Shown: positions 39,211-48,679, numbered from the stretch's first letter. The stretch: DNA of 64,000 nucleotides from an uncultured Verrucomicrobiae bacterium (GCA_963799385.1 CAWCXB010000018.1:27698-91697); one strand, 5' to 3'. Notes: generated by a model from the letters alone, not told the origin. Numbers and translations: made by a program.

Positions 39211-39348
39211 CAACGCAGATGACCGGGCTATGTGTCTTTCTTCTGTGGTTTCTTTATGTCCCTGGTAACGGAAACTTTCTTTTTTCAAAGCCCCCCAAGG
39301 GACGCCGGGGTTTTTAAAAAAGGAAGGTGGAGTAGGGTTGTTTTCAGA

Positions 39349-40518
39349 TCATGCGGCGGTGGTTTTGGCTGGGTTTCTGGATTCGATCCTGGTGCCAAGT
39401 TCCCAGATGAAGGCGCAGAGTTCCCTGGCGATGGCGACTTTGGTCTTGTTGTGGTGCATCCTGCGTTTCGCCAGTGCGTTGAAGCGGGTGTTGAGCCGCA
39501 ACTGGGTGCTCCATGAAAGCTCGAGGATCCAGCGGGCCTGCCCTGCCTGTCGGCGCGAGAGTTGCTCGCTGACTTTGGGCGGGTAGCGGTAGTGGGTGGC
39601 CTGTTCGATGAGGAGCCAGCGTGCGTGCGGGTTGCCGCATTTGGTGATGCCTCCCTGTCTTTGTCTTCCTCCGCTGGAGTTTTCCGAAGGTACCAACCCG
39701 AGGAAGGCCATGAGCTTCTTGGGATGCTCGAAGCGGCTGAAAGTGCCGACCTCCGAAACTGTGACCATGGCGGCGACGAGCTTGAAACCTTTGAATGCCA
39801 TGAGGGCTTCGACGAGGGGTTTGCGCTGCCAGCCGTCGAGCAGGTTGAGCATTTCCACCTCGATTCTCTCGACACGTTTCTCGTGGAAGTCGATGAGCGT
39901 AAGGTTGTCCTCAAGGATGATGTTGTGGGCGCTGTCGGGCATTTTGAGGCCGCGCAGATAGTTCATGTGCGCCTGGTTCCAGTGGGTCTTGCCATCGTAT
40001 CTGTAGCCGAGGCGGCGGAGCAGGGCGAGGAGGCGGGCACGGGCGCGGCGTAGGTCGTCGACCGCATCGGTGCGGCCCCGGCAAAGGTCGCGGATGGCTT
40101 CGTCCACGCTGTCGGGGATGTTGACCGAGACGAGGTCGTTGGAGCGGAGGCTTCTGGCGAGTTTCATGGCGTCGCGCTTGTCGGTCTTGACCCGGTCGCC
40201 GGACTTGGTGGGGATGAGAGAGGGGGCGATGACCTCGCAGCGGACACCCATTTGCAAAAGCCGCCGGGCGATCCAGAACCCGCATCCGCTCGCTTCGTAG
40301 CAGACGTGGAGATCGGAGAGGGGCCGGTCGTTACTCTTGGCGATCCTGCGGATGGCACGTTCGAGGGCGTGCTGGGAGGTGTTGATGTCGCCGTAGTGGC
40401 GGGGTTCCGCGTCGCGCTCCGATTCGAGGATGGCGAGGGAGGTTTTTTCTTTATGCACATCAAGTCCGAGGTAGAGTGTGCGTGGCGTGTCCGAGTTCGT
40501 TTTCATTTGTTTGTTCAT
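39349..40518 (-). CDS. IS110-family DEDD transposase/recombinase
   Basis: LGLDVHK, CYEASG, KTDKRDA (DEDD); GLVPSENSSG serine loop; ITKCGN. Confidence 0.96.
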   Translation of the reverse strand: MNKQMKTNSDTPRTLYLGLDVHKEKTSLAILESERDAEPRHYGDINTSQHALERAIRRIAKSNDRPLSDLHVCYEASGCGFWIARRLLQMGVRCEVIAPSLIPTKSGDRVKTDKRDAMKLARSLRSNDLVSVNIPDSVDEAIRDLCRGRTDAVDDLRRARARLLALLRRLGYRYDGKTHWNQAHMNYLRGLKMPDSAHNIILEDNLTLIDFHEKRVERIEVEMLNLLDGWQRKPLVEALMAFKGFKLVAAMVTVSEVGTFSRFEHPKKLMAFLGLVPSENSSGGRQRQGGITKCGNPHARWLLIEQATHYRYPPKVSEQLSRRQAGQARWILELSWSTQLRLNTRFNALAKRRMHHNKTKVAIARELCAFIWELGTRIESRNPAKTTAA

Positions 40519-40654
40519 ATGAATGTTGGATAGGTCTCAAGAAATTGAGATAGCCCACGAGTTGAACCGGACATGCCACTTTCAAATCAATAATCAATCG
40601 ACCTGAAATGCCGTGCCTCGCTCAACGGGCAGCCATAGGGTCTCGCAAAGAAAT

Positions 40655-40885
40655 ATGACATGCGCAACCTCTACGATCTCGCATGACTCCCCTGATCGAG
40701 CGATCCAGTGCCATCCTACCACGAATGACGGCGGGCTTCAGCAGATGCACGATCGTTTGGATCGCGAGCAGTGGGATCGAATCGCGTCACTGAATTACGA
40801 CTGTCACAATAGCTCGGAAGGAGTCAGTCAGCGTTTCCTGCGAAGCATGCATTGCCGACATTGGAGGTCAAGGATCCGAGCTTAG
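40655..40885 (+). CDS. Cassette 3: doubtful 76-aa ORF
   Basis: ATG at the expected position after aagaaat, but no recognisable motif and the ORF covers only part of the cassette. Confidence 0.25.
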   Translation: MTCATSTISHDSPDRAIQCHPTTNDGGLQQMHDRLDREQWDRIASLNYDCHNSSEGVSQRFLRSMHCRHWRSRIRA

Positions 40886-41042
40886 AGAAGCATTCGTTTA
40901 CCCGCATGGGTCGCAGAACCCAGCTGATGACGCTCACGTGATTGCGCGAAGTCGACGGATAACTACGTTGTCCGAAGCACAAGAGTCGACCGGAGGCAGC
41001 CTCGATACGAAGTGTCATCAGCGCAAGATTCGAATAGAAGAA

Positions 41043-41129
41043 GGCGAACAAGTCGGAGATGGCGACGCCGAGGAAGCCGTCTGATTAAATTGAAGTTGAC
41101 ACCGGCGCGCCATTCCTATGACGTTCATC
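41043..41129 (+). other. attC site 3 (intact)
   Basis: GGCGAAC...GTTCATC, same stem as attC1. Confidence 0.9.
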
Positions 41130-41418
41130 AAAGAAATTAAGAGCTTTGCGCCAGGTTTGATATTTCCGAACCGCAATAATTCGGCACTGCTCTGGGCTTC
41201 CGGCTTGGGCTGCGTTTGTTTCGATCTGAGTCCGCGTTATCCTGATTTCGGCGCATTTCCGCATCGCTGGTCGAAGTGGGGATTTCGAGTGGGCAGCTTC
41301 CGGCGCGGGTTGCCGAAGACGGTTGCAGTTCAACAGACCGGGCATGTGGGGAAGAGAAGACAGATTCTTTGCCGAAGATCCTAGAATCGGTCAGTCAGGG
41401 TCAGGCGGAAATGAAGAA

Positions 41419-41503
41419 GATGAACAAGGCGGAGATGGCGACGCCGAGGAAGCCGTCTGATTAAATTCGGAGCTTTACACCGGCGCGCCATTCCTATAAC
41501 GTT
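41419..41503 (+). other. attC site 4, interrupted in R' by IS110 copy 2
   Basis: GATGAAC...tataacGTT then IS; the rest of R' (CTGC) resumes at 43254. Confidence 0.9.
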
Positions 41504-43252
41504 GCTATGGCTGCCTGTTTGTCAATGGGCAAAAGTTTGTCTACGTCATCTGTAGTATCTGATGAGTTTTCTTCCGGTTTTTCTTCGCTGTAGGCCGGGA
41601 TGGGAATGGCGGGTTTGATCCAGTTGTGATCAGCAGGTTCGCCTAGTGCTTGGTATGCTGCTATTCGTGGGCTGTTCCTTTCGGAACCTTTCCAACAGTT
41701 TCTTTATTCACGTTTGTGGCTCTTGTTTCAGTCTCTTCACGGGTGCTCATTCAGCTGTGCTGAACTAACCCAGAACGTTTATCGAGGATTGAGCCGGCTG
41801 GCGCTTCCCATCCCGGTCTGCAACGCAGATGACCGGGCTATGTGTCTTTCTTCTGTGGTTTCTTTATGTCCCTGGTAACGGAAACTTTCTTTTTTCAAAG
41901 CCCCCCAAGGGACGCCGGGGTTTTTAAAAAAGGAAGGTGGAGTAGGGTTGTTTTCAGATCATGCGGCGGTGGTTTTGGCTGGGTTTCTGGATTCGATCCT
42001 GGTGCCAAGTTCCCAGATGAAGGCGCAGAGTTCCCTGGCGATGGCGACTTTGGTCTTGTTGTGGTGCATCCTGCGTTTCGCCAGTGCGTTGAAGCGGGTG
42101 TTGAGCCGCAACTGGGTGCTCCATGAAAGCTCGAGGATCCAGCGGGCCTGCCCTGCCTGTCGGCGCGAGAGTTGCTCGCTGACTTTGGGCGGGTAGCGGT
42201 AGTGGGTGGCCTGTTCGATGAGGAGCCAGCGTGCGTGCGGGTTGCCGCATTTGGTGATGCCTCCCTGTCTTTGTCTTCCTCCGCTGGAGTTTTCCGAAGG
42301 TACCAACCCGAGGAAGGCCATGAGCTTCTTGGGATGCTCGAAGCGGCTGAAAGTGCCGACCTCCGAAACTGTGACCATGGCGGCGACGAGCTTGAAACCT
42401 TTGAATGCCATGAGGGCTTCGACGAGGGGTTTGCGCTGCCAGCCGTCGAGCAGGTTGAGCATTTCCACCTCGATTCTCTCGACACGTTTCTCGTGGAAGT
42501 CGATGAGCGTAAGGTTGTCCTCAAGGATGATGTTGTGGGCGCTGTCGGGCATTTTGAGGCCGCGCAGATAGTTCATGTGCGCCTGGTTCCAGTGGGTCTT
42601 GCCATCGTATCTGTAGCCGAGGCGGCGGAGCAGGGCGAGGAGGCGGGCACGGGCGCGGCGTAGGTCGTCGACCGCATCGGTGCGGCCCCGGCAAAGGTCG
42701 CGGATGGCTTCGTCCACGCTGTCGGGGATGTTGACCGAGACGAGGTCGTTGGAGCGGAGGCTTCTGGCGAGTTTCATGGCGTCGCGCTTGTCGGTCTTGA
42801 CCCGGTCGCCGGACTTGGTGGGGATGAGAGAGGGGGCGATGACCTCGCAGCGGACACCCATTTGCAAAAGCCGCCGGGCGATCCAGAACCCGCATCCGCT
42901 CGCTTCGTAGCAGACGTGGAGATCGGAGAGGGGCCGGTCGTTACTCTTGGCGATCCTGCGGATGGCACGTTCGAGGGCGTGCTGGGAGGTGTTGATGTCG
43001 CCGTAGTGGCGGGGTTCCGCGTCGCGCTCCGATTCGAGGATGGCGAGGGAGGTTTTTTCTTTATGCACATCAAGTCCGAGGTAGAGTGTGCGTGGCGTGT
43101 CCGAGTTCGTTTTCATTTGTTTGTTCATATGAATGTTGGATAGGTCTCAAGAAATTGAGATAGCCCACGAGTTGAACCGGACATGCCACTTTCAAATCAA
43201 TAATCAATCGACCTGAAATGCCGTGCCTCGCTCAACGGGCAGCCATAGGGTC
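41503..43252 (-). mobile_element. IS110-family (IS1111-like) insertion sequence, copy 2
   Basis: Identical to copy 1, offset by 2610 bp. Confidence 0.93.
41959..43128 (-). CDS. IS110-family DEDD transposase/recombinase
   Basis: Identical translation to 39349..40518. Confidence 0.96.
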   Translation of the reverse strand: MNKQMKTNSDTPRTLYLGLDVHKEKTSLAILESERDAEPRHYGDINTSQHALERAIRRIAKSNDRPLSDLHVCYEASGCGFWIARRLLQMGVRCEVIAPSLIPTKSGDRVKTDKRDAMKLARSLRSNDLVSVNIPDSVDEAIRDLCRGRTDAVDDLRRARARLLALLRRLGYRYDGKTHWNQAHMNYLRGLKMPDSAHNIILEDNLTLIDFHEKRVERIEVEMLNLLDGWQRKPLVEALMAFKGFKLVAAMVTVSEVGTFSRFEHPKKLMAFLGLVPSENSSGGRQRQGGITKCGNPHARWLLIEQATHYRYPPKVSEQLSRRQAGQARWILELSWSTQLRLNTRFNALAKRRMHHNKTKVAIARELCAFIWELGTRIESRNPAKTTAA

Positions 43253-43263
43253 TCTGCAAGAAA

Positions 43264-43629
43264 ATGGACGCGATTAGTGCACTCGATACCTTCCTGCAGC
43301 ACTCGCTTGATCCAGCGAAGGGCATAAGATATTGCGATCTCATTCAGCGCCCAAAAGGACAGAACCGATTTCTCCGTGATCTATATCACCGCATTGGAGA
43401 CTCATTTCGCGACGGGCTTCCCAACACAAGCCTGAATGAATCCCAGAAGCGACAGCCTGGTTTTTCATTCTCAGTCCGACGAGGGTTCGGTGTAGCAGAA
43501 GCGTCGATTCAGGCTGGATACGATACACTGATGCCTGATACCGGTTGGCTACTGATAGACGAATCCGGCAAGTTTGGAATCTACCAACCGGAAGATATGA
43601 TCGACGAACAGAGACAGATAATCACATGA
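43264..43629 (+). CDS. Cassette 5: hypothetical protein
   Basis: 121 aa; ATG directly after the reconstituted GTTCTGC-aagaaa. Confidence 0.7.
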   Translation: MDAISALDTFLQHSLDPAKGIRYCDLIQRPKGQNRFLRDLYHRIGDSFRDGLPNTSLNESQKRQPGFSFSVRRGFGVAEASIQAGYDTLMPDTGWLLIDESGKFGIYQPEDMIDEQRQIIT

Positions 43630-43716
43630 CAATTATTGGATTCTCGACTGGTCGCAGCGGTCTTTCCAGAGTCCTCTGTATCGAGCAGCTGGGATTTTTC
43701 GGAAAGAAGAAGCATA

Positions 43717-44800
43717 ATCGGGTCCCGGGGAGTGATTAGCTCCCCGGTCCCACACCACCGTGCGTACGGCTCCGTACACGGCGGTTCCAATCAGACTCGG
43801 GCATCTTGCCCGTAGTGAAGAACGATCCAGATGACTTTCATATCAGGAACTCCTTGTTCCTCTAGCCAACGGTTGTTCAGTGCGAATCGCACAATTTGAT
43901 GCTCGCCGCCCCACGGCTCCCACCCCTTCGGGGCACGTCGCGTTCGCTCCTGTCCATCCCGCTCTGCGGTATTCGGTCTGGCTCATCCGCCAGTAGCCTT
44001 TGCGGCTGCGCGTCGCCATATGCACTTTGCTTGGGAAGACTCCCGAGGCCAGCAGATGTCGGCGACGCGTGCGTGGTTGTTTCCACTGCTTCCAATAATA
44101 CAACCTCACTCTCCGCCTGATCCACTGCGACAAGTCTTTCACCTCGCTAAAGGTATTACTGAGCTTGTAGTAGTTGAGCCAGCCACGGACGTAGAGTCGC
44201 AGCTCGTCGATGACGTCTTTGACTTTGTGCCCGCGGTTGCGGCTGGTGATTTGATTCGCTGCGCTCACCCCTCGCGGGGCTCCCCTCCGGGAACTCTATG
44301 TCCGCTGCGCTCCCATTGGCGCACCTGCTCCTTGAAGCGGATGCGTGCCTTTTGCGTCCACGCGAGCTTTGCCCGGTTGTTCAATCTGTAACCGAGAATA
44401 CTCCGGAGGGGAATAGCCGGCCCGCCAGGGCTGCCCGAAGGGCGGAGCCGGGGGACTCCAGCAAACTCACAGGATTTTTGCGGAGCGGCGCGGCTTTTGA
44501 CGCGGTTGACGATCAGCTGCAGTCGTCCTTCGGTGAAACGAATCAACGATGCTAGCACCCATTTCGCCGCGTTCGCGCTTTTCCCCGTCACGATGAAGGC
44601 ATCGGCGTATCTTGCGAACTTGTGTCCGCGTGATTGCCTGCACTCCGCTCCGGCCAAGCAATTTGCATTTTTCTCCTCCGGAAAATGATTCGAGGAAGAC
44701 GGCAAGCCGCCGGGGCGTTCCGATTCCTTATCCAACGGATTGAGCACGATGTTGGCTAACAGGGGGGGGACAACGGGCCACCTTGCAGCACTCCCGAGAG
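43717..44800 (-). mobile_element. Degenerate, 5'-truncated group IIC intron
   Basis: Domain V gaaccgccgtgtacggagccgtacgcacggtggtgtg (CGC triad), short domain VI ending CCCGAT at 43717. Confidence 0.88.
43791..44800 (-). pseudogene. Group II intron reverse transcriptase/maturase remnant
   Basis: QGGPLSP, LNPLDKE, FARYADAF (YADD mutated), VRGWLNYY, RRRVRLYYWKQWK, SRKGYWRMS; frameshifted and interrupted. Confidence 0.88.
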
Positions 44801-44972
44801 TTCCCGGGTCGTCTGCCGATTCATGGCGCGAGTGTGGATCGTCCTTCCGGTTTTGAAAGGAGAAGGATCTAGCATTCTTTCCACCGATTCCAAAAATCCG
44901 GGATTTCCCGACTTGAAAGTTGCCAACACTACGTCCCTGCCACTAGTTTCCCTCCCCCACCGCAGAACCTTT

Positions 44973-46313
44973 ATGAATATCGTCGTCGAAAAACAGCCGA
45001 AATGCACCGCAACACTCAGCGTGGAAGTCCCCGCTGCCGACGTTGCCGCCAAGCGTAATTCCATCACTTCCACCTACGCCTCACAGGCGAAAATCTCTGG
45101 CTTCCGCCCCGGCAAAGCTCCAAAAAACGTGATTCAGAAGCGATTTGGAAAGCAGATTTCCGAAGAACTCACCGAAGCTCTTTTCGGCGAAGCCTGCGAC
45201 CAAGCGCTCGAACAAGAGAACCTGAAAGTTCTCGATTTCGGCTTCCCTGACAATCTCAACGAACGCTCCGATGGCTCAATCGCGTTCGATACCAAACTCA
45301 TCCTCGCTCCCGAATTCACTCTTCCGGAATACAAGGGAATCGAGGTAAAAGCCCCACCGACGGAAGTCACTGATGAGGAACTCGACGCACAGCTCCAGCA
45401 ACTCCGCGAGCGTCTCGCCGAATTCGAGGACGTCGCCGACCGTCCTCTCCAGACTGATGACATCGCGGTCGTCGATTTCACCACCACCGTCGATGGCCAG
45501 CCACTCACCGACGTGATCGGGGAAAAAGGCCAGTATCTCGCCAAGCGTGAGAATCACTGGCTCCCGATTAAGGAAGGCGCCTTCCTCCCTGGATACGCCG
45601 AACAACTTGTCGGCCTCAACGAAGGAGACAAAAAAGACGTCACCATCACTCTCGATGACGAATTCCCTTTCGAAGAGCTCCGCGGCAAGGAAATCACCCT
45701 CCAAACTAGCGTCGAGGGCATCAAGGCAGCGAAACTTCCCGAGATCGACGAAGATTTCGCAGAAAAACTCGTTCCTGGAAAGAGCCTCGACGAGATCAAG
45801 GACTTGATCCGCGAGAACATGGGCCAAGAAAAAGCCAAGCAAATCAACGAATTTAAAGTCAACCAAATCATCGAGCATCTCAACGCTGCCGTCAGCTTCG
45901 ATCTCCCTGACGAAATTGTTCAGCGGGAAACACAGAACCAGGCAAACAGCCTCGTTGAAGAAGGCCAGAAGCAAGGTGCCACCGACGAACAGATGGTGAG
46001 CCAGCAAGAAGAGATCTTCAATGTCGCCACCCAGCGCGCCACCACCAACCTCCGCACAAACTTCCTGCTTCAGGAAATCGCCGCAGTGGAAAAAATCAGC
46101 GTTTCCGACAACGACCTCCTTGCCCGAATCTCCCAGATCGCCGATCAGCGCAAGGAACCTATCAAAAAAGTCATCAAGGACATGCAGAAGAAACGCCAGA
46201 TCCAGTCGATCCGGAATTCCATGCTGATTGGTCAGACCATTGACTTCCTTCTTGAGCAAGCGAAGGTCATGGAAGTCTCCGCAGAGGAACTCGAAGCCAC
46301 ACCTGCCGAATAA
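44973..46313 (+). CDS. tig: Trigger factor
   Basis: ISGFRPGKAP signature, FKBP-like central domain; upstream of clpP-clpX. Confidence 0.95.
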   Translation: MNIVVEKQPKCTATLSVEVPAADVAAKRNSITSTYASQAKISGFRPGKAPKNVIQKRFGKQISEELTEALFGEACDQALEQENLKVLDFGFPDNLNERSDGSIAFDTKLILAPEFTLPEYKGIEVKAPPTEVTDEELDAQLQQLRERLAEFEDVADRPLQTDDIAVVDFTTTVDGQPLTDVIGEKGQYLAKRENHWLPIKEGAFLPGYAEQLVGLNEGDKKDVTITLDDEFPFEELRGKEITLQTSVEGIKAAKLPEIDEDFAEKLVPGKSLDEIKDLIRENMGQEKAKQINEFKVNQIIEHLNAAVSFDLPDEIVQRETQNQANSLVEEGQKQGATDEQMVSQQEEIFNVATQRATTNLRTNFLLQEIAAVEKISVSDNDLLARISQIADQRKEPIKKVIKDMQKKRQIQSIRNSMLIGQTIDFLLEQAKVMEVSAEELEATPAE

Positions 46314-46316
46314 TCC

Positions 46317-46997
46317 ATGAATCTCTTCCCACCTTCCAACAACACCGCTCACAAGAACGGCCCGCAAAATAGCTACTACGTCCCCGTCGTCGTCGAGTCT
46401 GACGGACGCGGCGAGCGCTCGTTCGATATTTACTCACGTCTTCTCAAGGACCGCATCATCTTCATCGGTGTCGGCATCGACGACTACGTGGCGAACTCAG
46501 TGATCGCGCAGCTCCTTTTCCTCCAGATGCAGGATCCGAAAAAGGACATCCACATCTACATCAACAGTCCCGGCGGATCCGTCACAGCAGGCCTCGCGAT
46601 TTATGACACCATGCAGTTCCTGACATGTGACGTGAATACCTACTGCATCGGCATCTGCGCATCCATGGGCTCCGTCCTCCTCACCGCAGGGACAAATGGC
46701 AAACGCTTCTGCCTGCCAAACTCCCACGTCATGATTCACCAAGTCTCTGGCGGCGCGCAAGGCACTGCCTCCGATGTCGAGCGCACCATCGGCTTCATGT
46801 TCAACCTGAAGAAACGCCTCAACGGCATTCTCGCCCACCACACCGGCAAGACCATCGAGGAAGTCGAGAACGATTCCGACCGCGACAACTACATGACCGC
46901 CGAGGAATCCGTCGCTTACGGACTAGTGGACAAAGTCCTCGAATCCCGCAAGCAACTCCCCGACGCCGTCCGCACCGAGCTGGACAAATCAGAGTAA
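46317..46997 (+). CDS. clpP: ATP-dependent Clp protease proteolytic subunit
   Basis: [32 protein letters not shown]. Confidence 0.97.
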   Translation: MNLFPPSNNTAHKNGPQNSYYVPVVVESDGRGERSFDIYSRLLKDRIIFIGVGIDDYVANSVIAQLLFLQMQDPKKDIHIYINSPGGSVTAGLAIYDTMQFLTCDVNTYCIGICASMGSVLLTAGTNGKRFCLPNSHVMIHQVSGGAQGTASDVERTIGFMFNLKKRLNGILAHHTGKTIEEVENDSDRDNYMTAEESVAYGLVDKVLESRKQLPDAVRTELDKSE

Positions 46998-47043
46998 GGA
47001 ATTTCAGACTTTCAGTTTTCAGCATTTCAGCTTTTATCGACCA

Positions 47044-48339
47044 ATGGCCCGCGCATCCAATCTCACCATGTGCTCCTTCTGCGGAAAGAGCCACTCAGAG
47101 GTAAAAAAACTGATCGCCGGGCCAGGCGTGTATATATGTAATGAGTGTGTGGATGTTTGCGGAAACATCCTCGCAAAAGAACTTAACCCGCCAGATTCGA
47201 AGGGAAAAAAGGGGAAATCCAAGATTTCCCACTCCAAAGAGGAAATCCCAACCCCCGCCGAGCTTCTCGCAGAACTCGATAGCTATGTGATCGGCCAGGA
47301 AATCGCCAAGCGCGTCCTCTCCGTCGCAGTTTACAACCATTATCTCCGCCTAAACCAGAACGACATCGCCCTTTCCGCCGAGTACAATGACGTGGAGATC
47401 GAGAAATCCAACGTCTTGCTCCTTGGCTCCACAGGATCGGGAAAAACACTTCTCGCACGCACCTTGGCCCGTGTGCTCGACGTGCCGTTCACCATCGTCG
47501 ACGCCACTACACTCACCGAGGCCGGTTACGTCGGCGAGGATGTGGAAAACATCATCCTCCGTCTGCTTCAAGCCGCGGACTTCGATGTCGAACGAGCAGA
47601 ACGAGGCATCATCTACGTGGATGAAATCGATAAGATCGGACGCAAAACCGAGAACGTATCCATCACTCGTGACGTCTCCGGGGAAGGTGTGCAGCAAGCT
47701 CTTTTGAAAATTCTCGAGGGCACGGTCTGCAACGTCCCGCCTCAAGGTGGCCGCAAGCACCCTCAACAGGAATACATCCAGGTCAACACCGAGAAAATCC
47801 TCTTCGTTTGCGGCGGAGCTTTCGTCGGCCTAGAGGATATCGTCCGCCGCCGTCTCGGCAGCAAAACACTCGGCTTCCACACGGACAACCGAATCGACGA
47901 CCAAGACGAGAACACCTCCAAAATCCTCGAAAAAGTCCTACCCGAGGACCTTCTGCACTTCGGCCTCATCCCTGAGTTCATCGGACGCCTACCCGTCATC
48001 ACCTCGCTTCGCAAACTCACGGAAGACGAACTCGTCAAAATTCTTACCGAGCCGAAAAACGCGCTCGTGAAGCAGTATTCCAAACAGCTCGCACTCAACA
48101 AAGTGAAGCTTCGCATCACTCGCGACGCACTTCGGGCCATCGCCGCCATGGCCGTCGAGCGTGGAACTGGCGCACGAGCCCTTCGTTCCATTTTTGAAAA
48201 ACTGATGCTCGACATCATGTTCGACGTCCCTTCCCGAGGCGACATCGAGGCGGTATCCATCAACCGTAAAGTGGTCGAAGGAACCAAGTCCCCTTCCATG
48301 CGCCGTCGCAAGGCCGACGCCTCTGAAGACGCTGCCTGA
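47044..48339 (+). CDS. clpX: Clp protease ATP-binding subunit ClpX
   Basis: CSFCGK zinc finger, [30 protein letters not shown]. Confidence 0.98.
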   Translation: MARASNLTMCSFCGKSHSEVKKLIAGPGVYICNECVDVCGNILAKELNPPDSKGKKGKSKISHSKEEIPTPAELLAELDSYVIGQEIAKRVLSVAVYNHYLRLNQNDIALSAEYNDVEIEKSNVLLLGSTGSGKTLLARTLARVLDVPFTIVDATTLTEAGYVGEDVENIILRLLQAADFDVERAERGIIYVDEIDKIGRKTENVSITRDVSGEGVQQALLKILEGTVCNVPPQGGRKHPQQEYIQVNTEKILFVCGGAFVGLEDIVRRRLGSKTLGFHTDNRIDDQDENTSKILEKVLPEDLLHFGLIPEFIGRLPVITSLRKLTEDELVKILTEPKNALVKQYSKQLALNKVKLRITRDALRAIAAMAVERGTGARALRSIFEKLMLDIMFDVPSRGDIEAVSINRKVVEGTKSPSMRRRKADASEDAA

Positions 48340-48451
48340 TGGCGGAGAACGGGTAGTTTTACCGCAACCCCGAGAGCACCGCTTTCATGCGGAGTTTCCT
48401 CGGTTTTTTCAAACTAGCATTTATCTCCCTGCCCCGTTAAGCTCCTTTTCA

Positions 48452-48679
48452 ATGAGTCCGGTCGACATCATCAACCTAGACGATCCTGCGGGCAAAACAG
48501 TAGGTCGCCGCAAACGTCCTGTCAGCGCGCTTTCAGCGGCCGATGGCCTCCAGCGGTTCGTTAACGATCAATTCAAAGAAAGCGGTCACCGCTTCTCGCG
48601 GCGAGGAGTTTTTCGCTTTCAATCCCACGAGGAGGCAGACGAATGGATGAGGAACTCGATACGACCGAAGAAGGACTAG
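48452..48679 (+). CDS. Small hypothetical protein, partner of the nucleotidyltransferase
   Basis: 75 aa, RGVFRFQSHEEADEW; overlaps the next gene. Confidence 0.65.
   Translation: MSPVDIINLDDPAGKTVGRRKRPVSALSAADGLQRFVNDQFKESGHRFSRRGVFRFQSHEEADEWMRNSIRPKKD

Larger units (their letters stand above)
38893..40642 (-). mobile_element. IS110-family (IS1111-like) insertion sequence, copy 1, 1750 bp
   Basis: Identical to 41503..43252; subterminal IRs ctatggctgcc/ggcagccatag; no target-site duplication (1-nt T ambiguity); about 455 bp 3' non-coding region. Confidence 0.93.
37153..43716 (+). mobile_element. Integron-type gene cassette array without an integrase in the window (CALIN-like), five cassettes
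   Basis: Four conserved attC hairpins plus a fifth remnant; same-strand genes start shortly after GTTN4; AT-richer than the flanks; no tyrosine recombinase ORF between opgG and tig. Confidence 0.88.

Noticed and set aside
38131-41503. The 87-88 bp repeats as a CRISPR array
   Set aside because: Repeats are too long, spacers are gene-sized and unequal, no cas genes are present, and the R''/L''/L'/R' architecture fits attC.
38809-43252. The two IS copies as an assembly artefact or simple tandem duplication
   Set aside because: The preceding attC sites differ (R'' and loop bases) and the downstream cassettes are unrelated, which fits independent insertions; reads would be needed for certainty.
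43791-44800. RT as an active retron, DGR or defence RT
   Set aside because: Domains V/VI and maturase motifs identify a group II intron, YADD is mutated, and the ORF is broken and truncated.
44823-44972. 50-aa N-terminal extension of trigger factor
   Set aside because: Homology begins at MNIVVEK (44973); the upstream part is probably promoter sequence.
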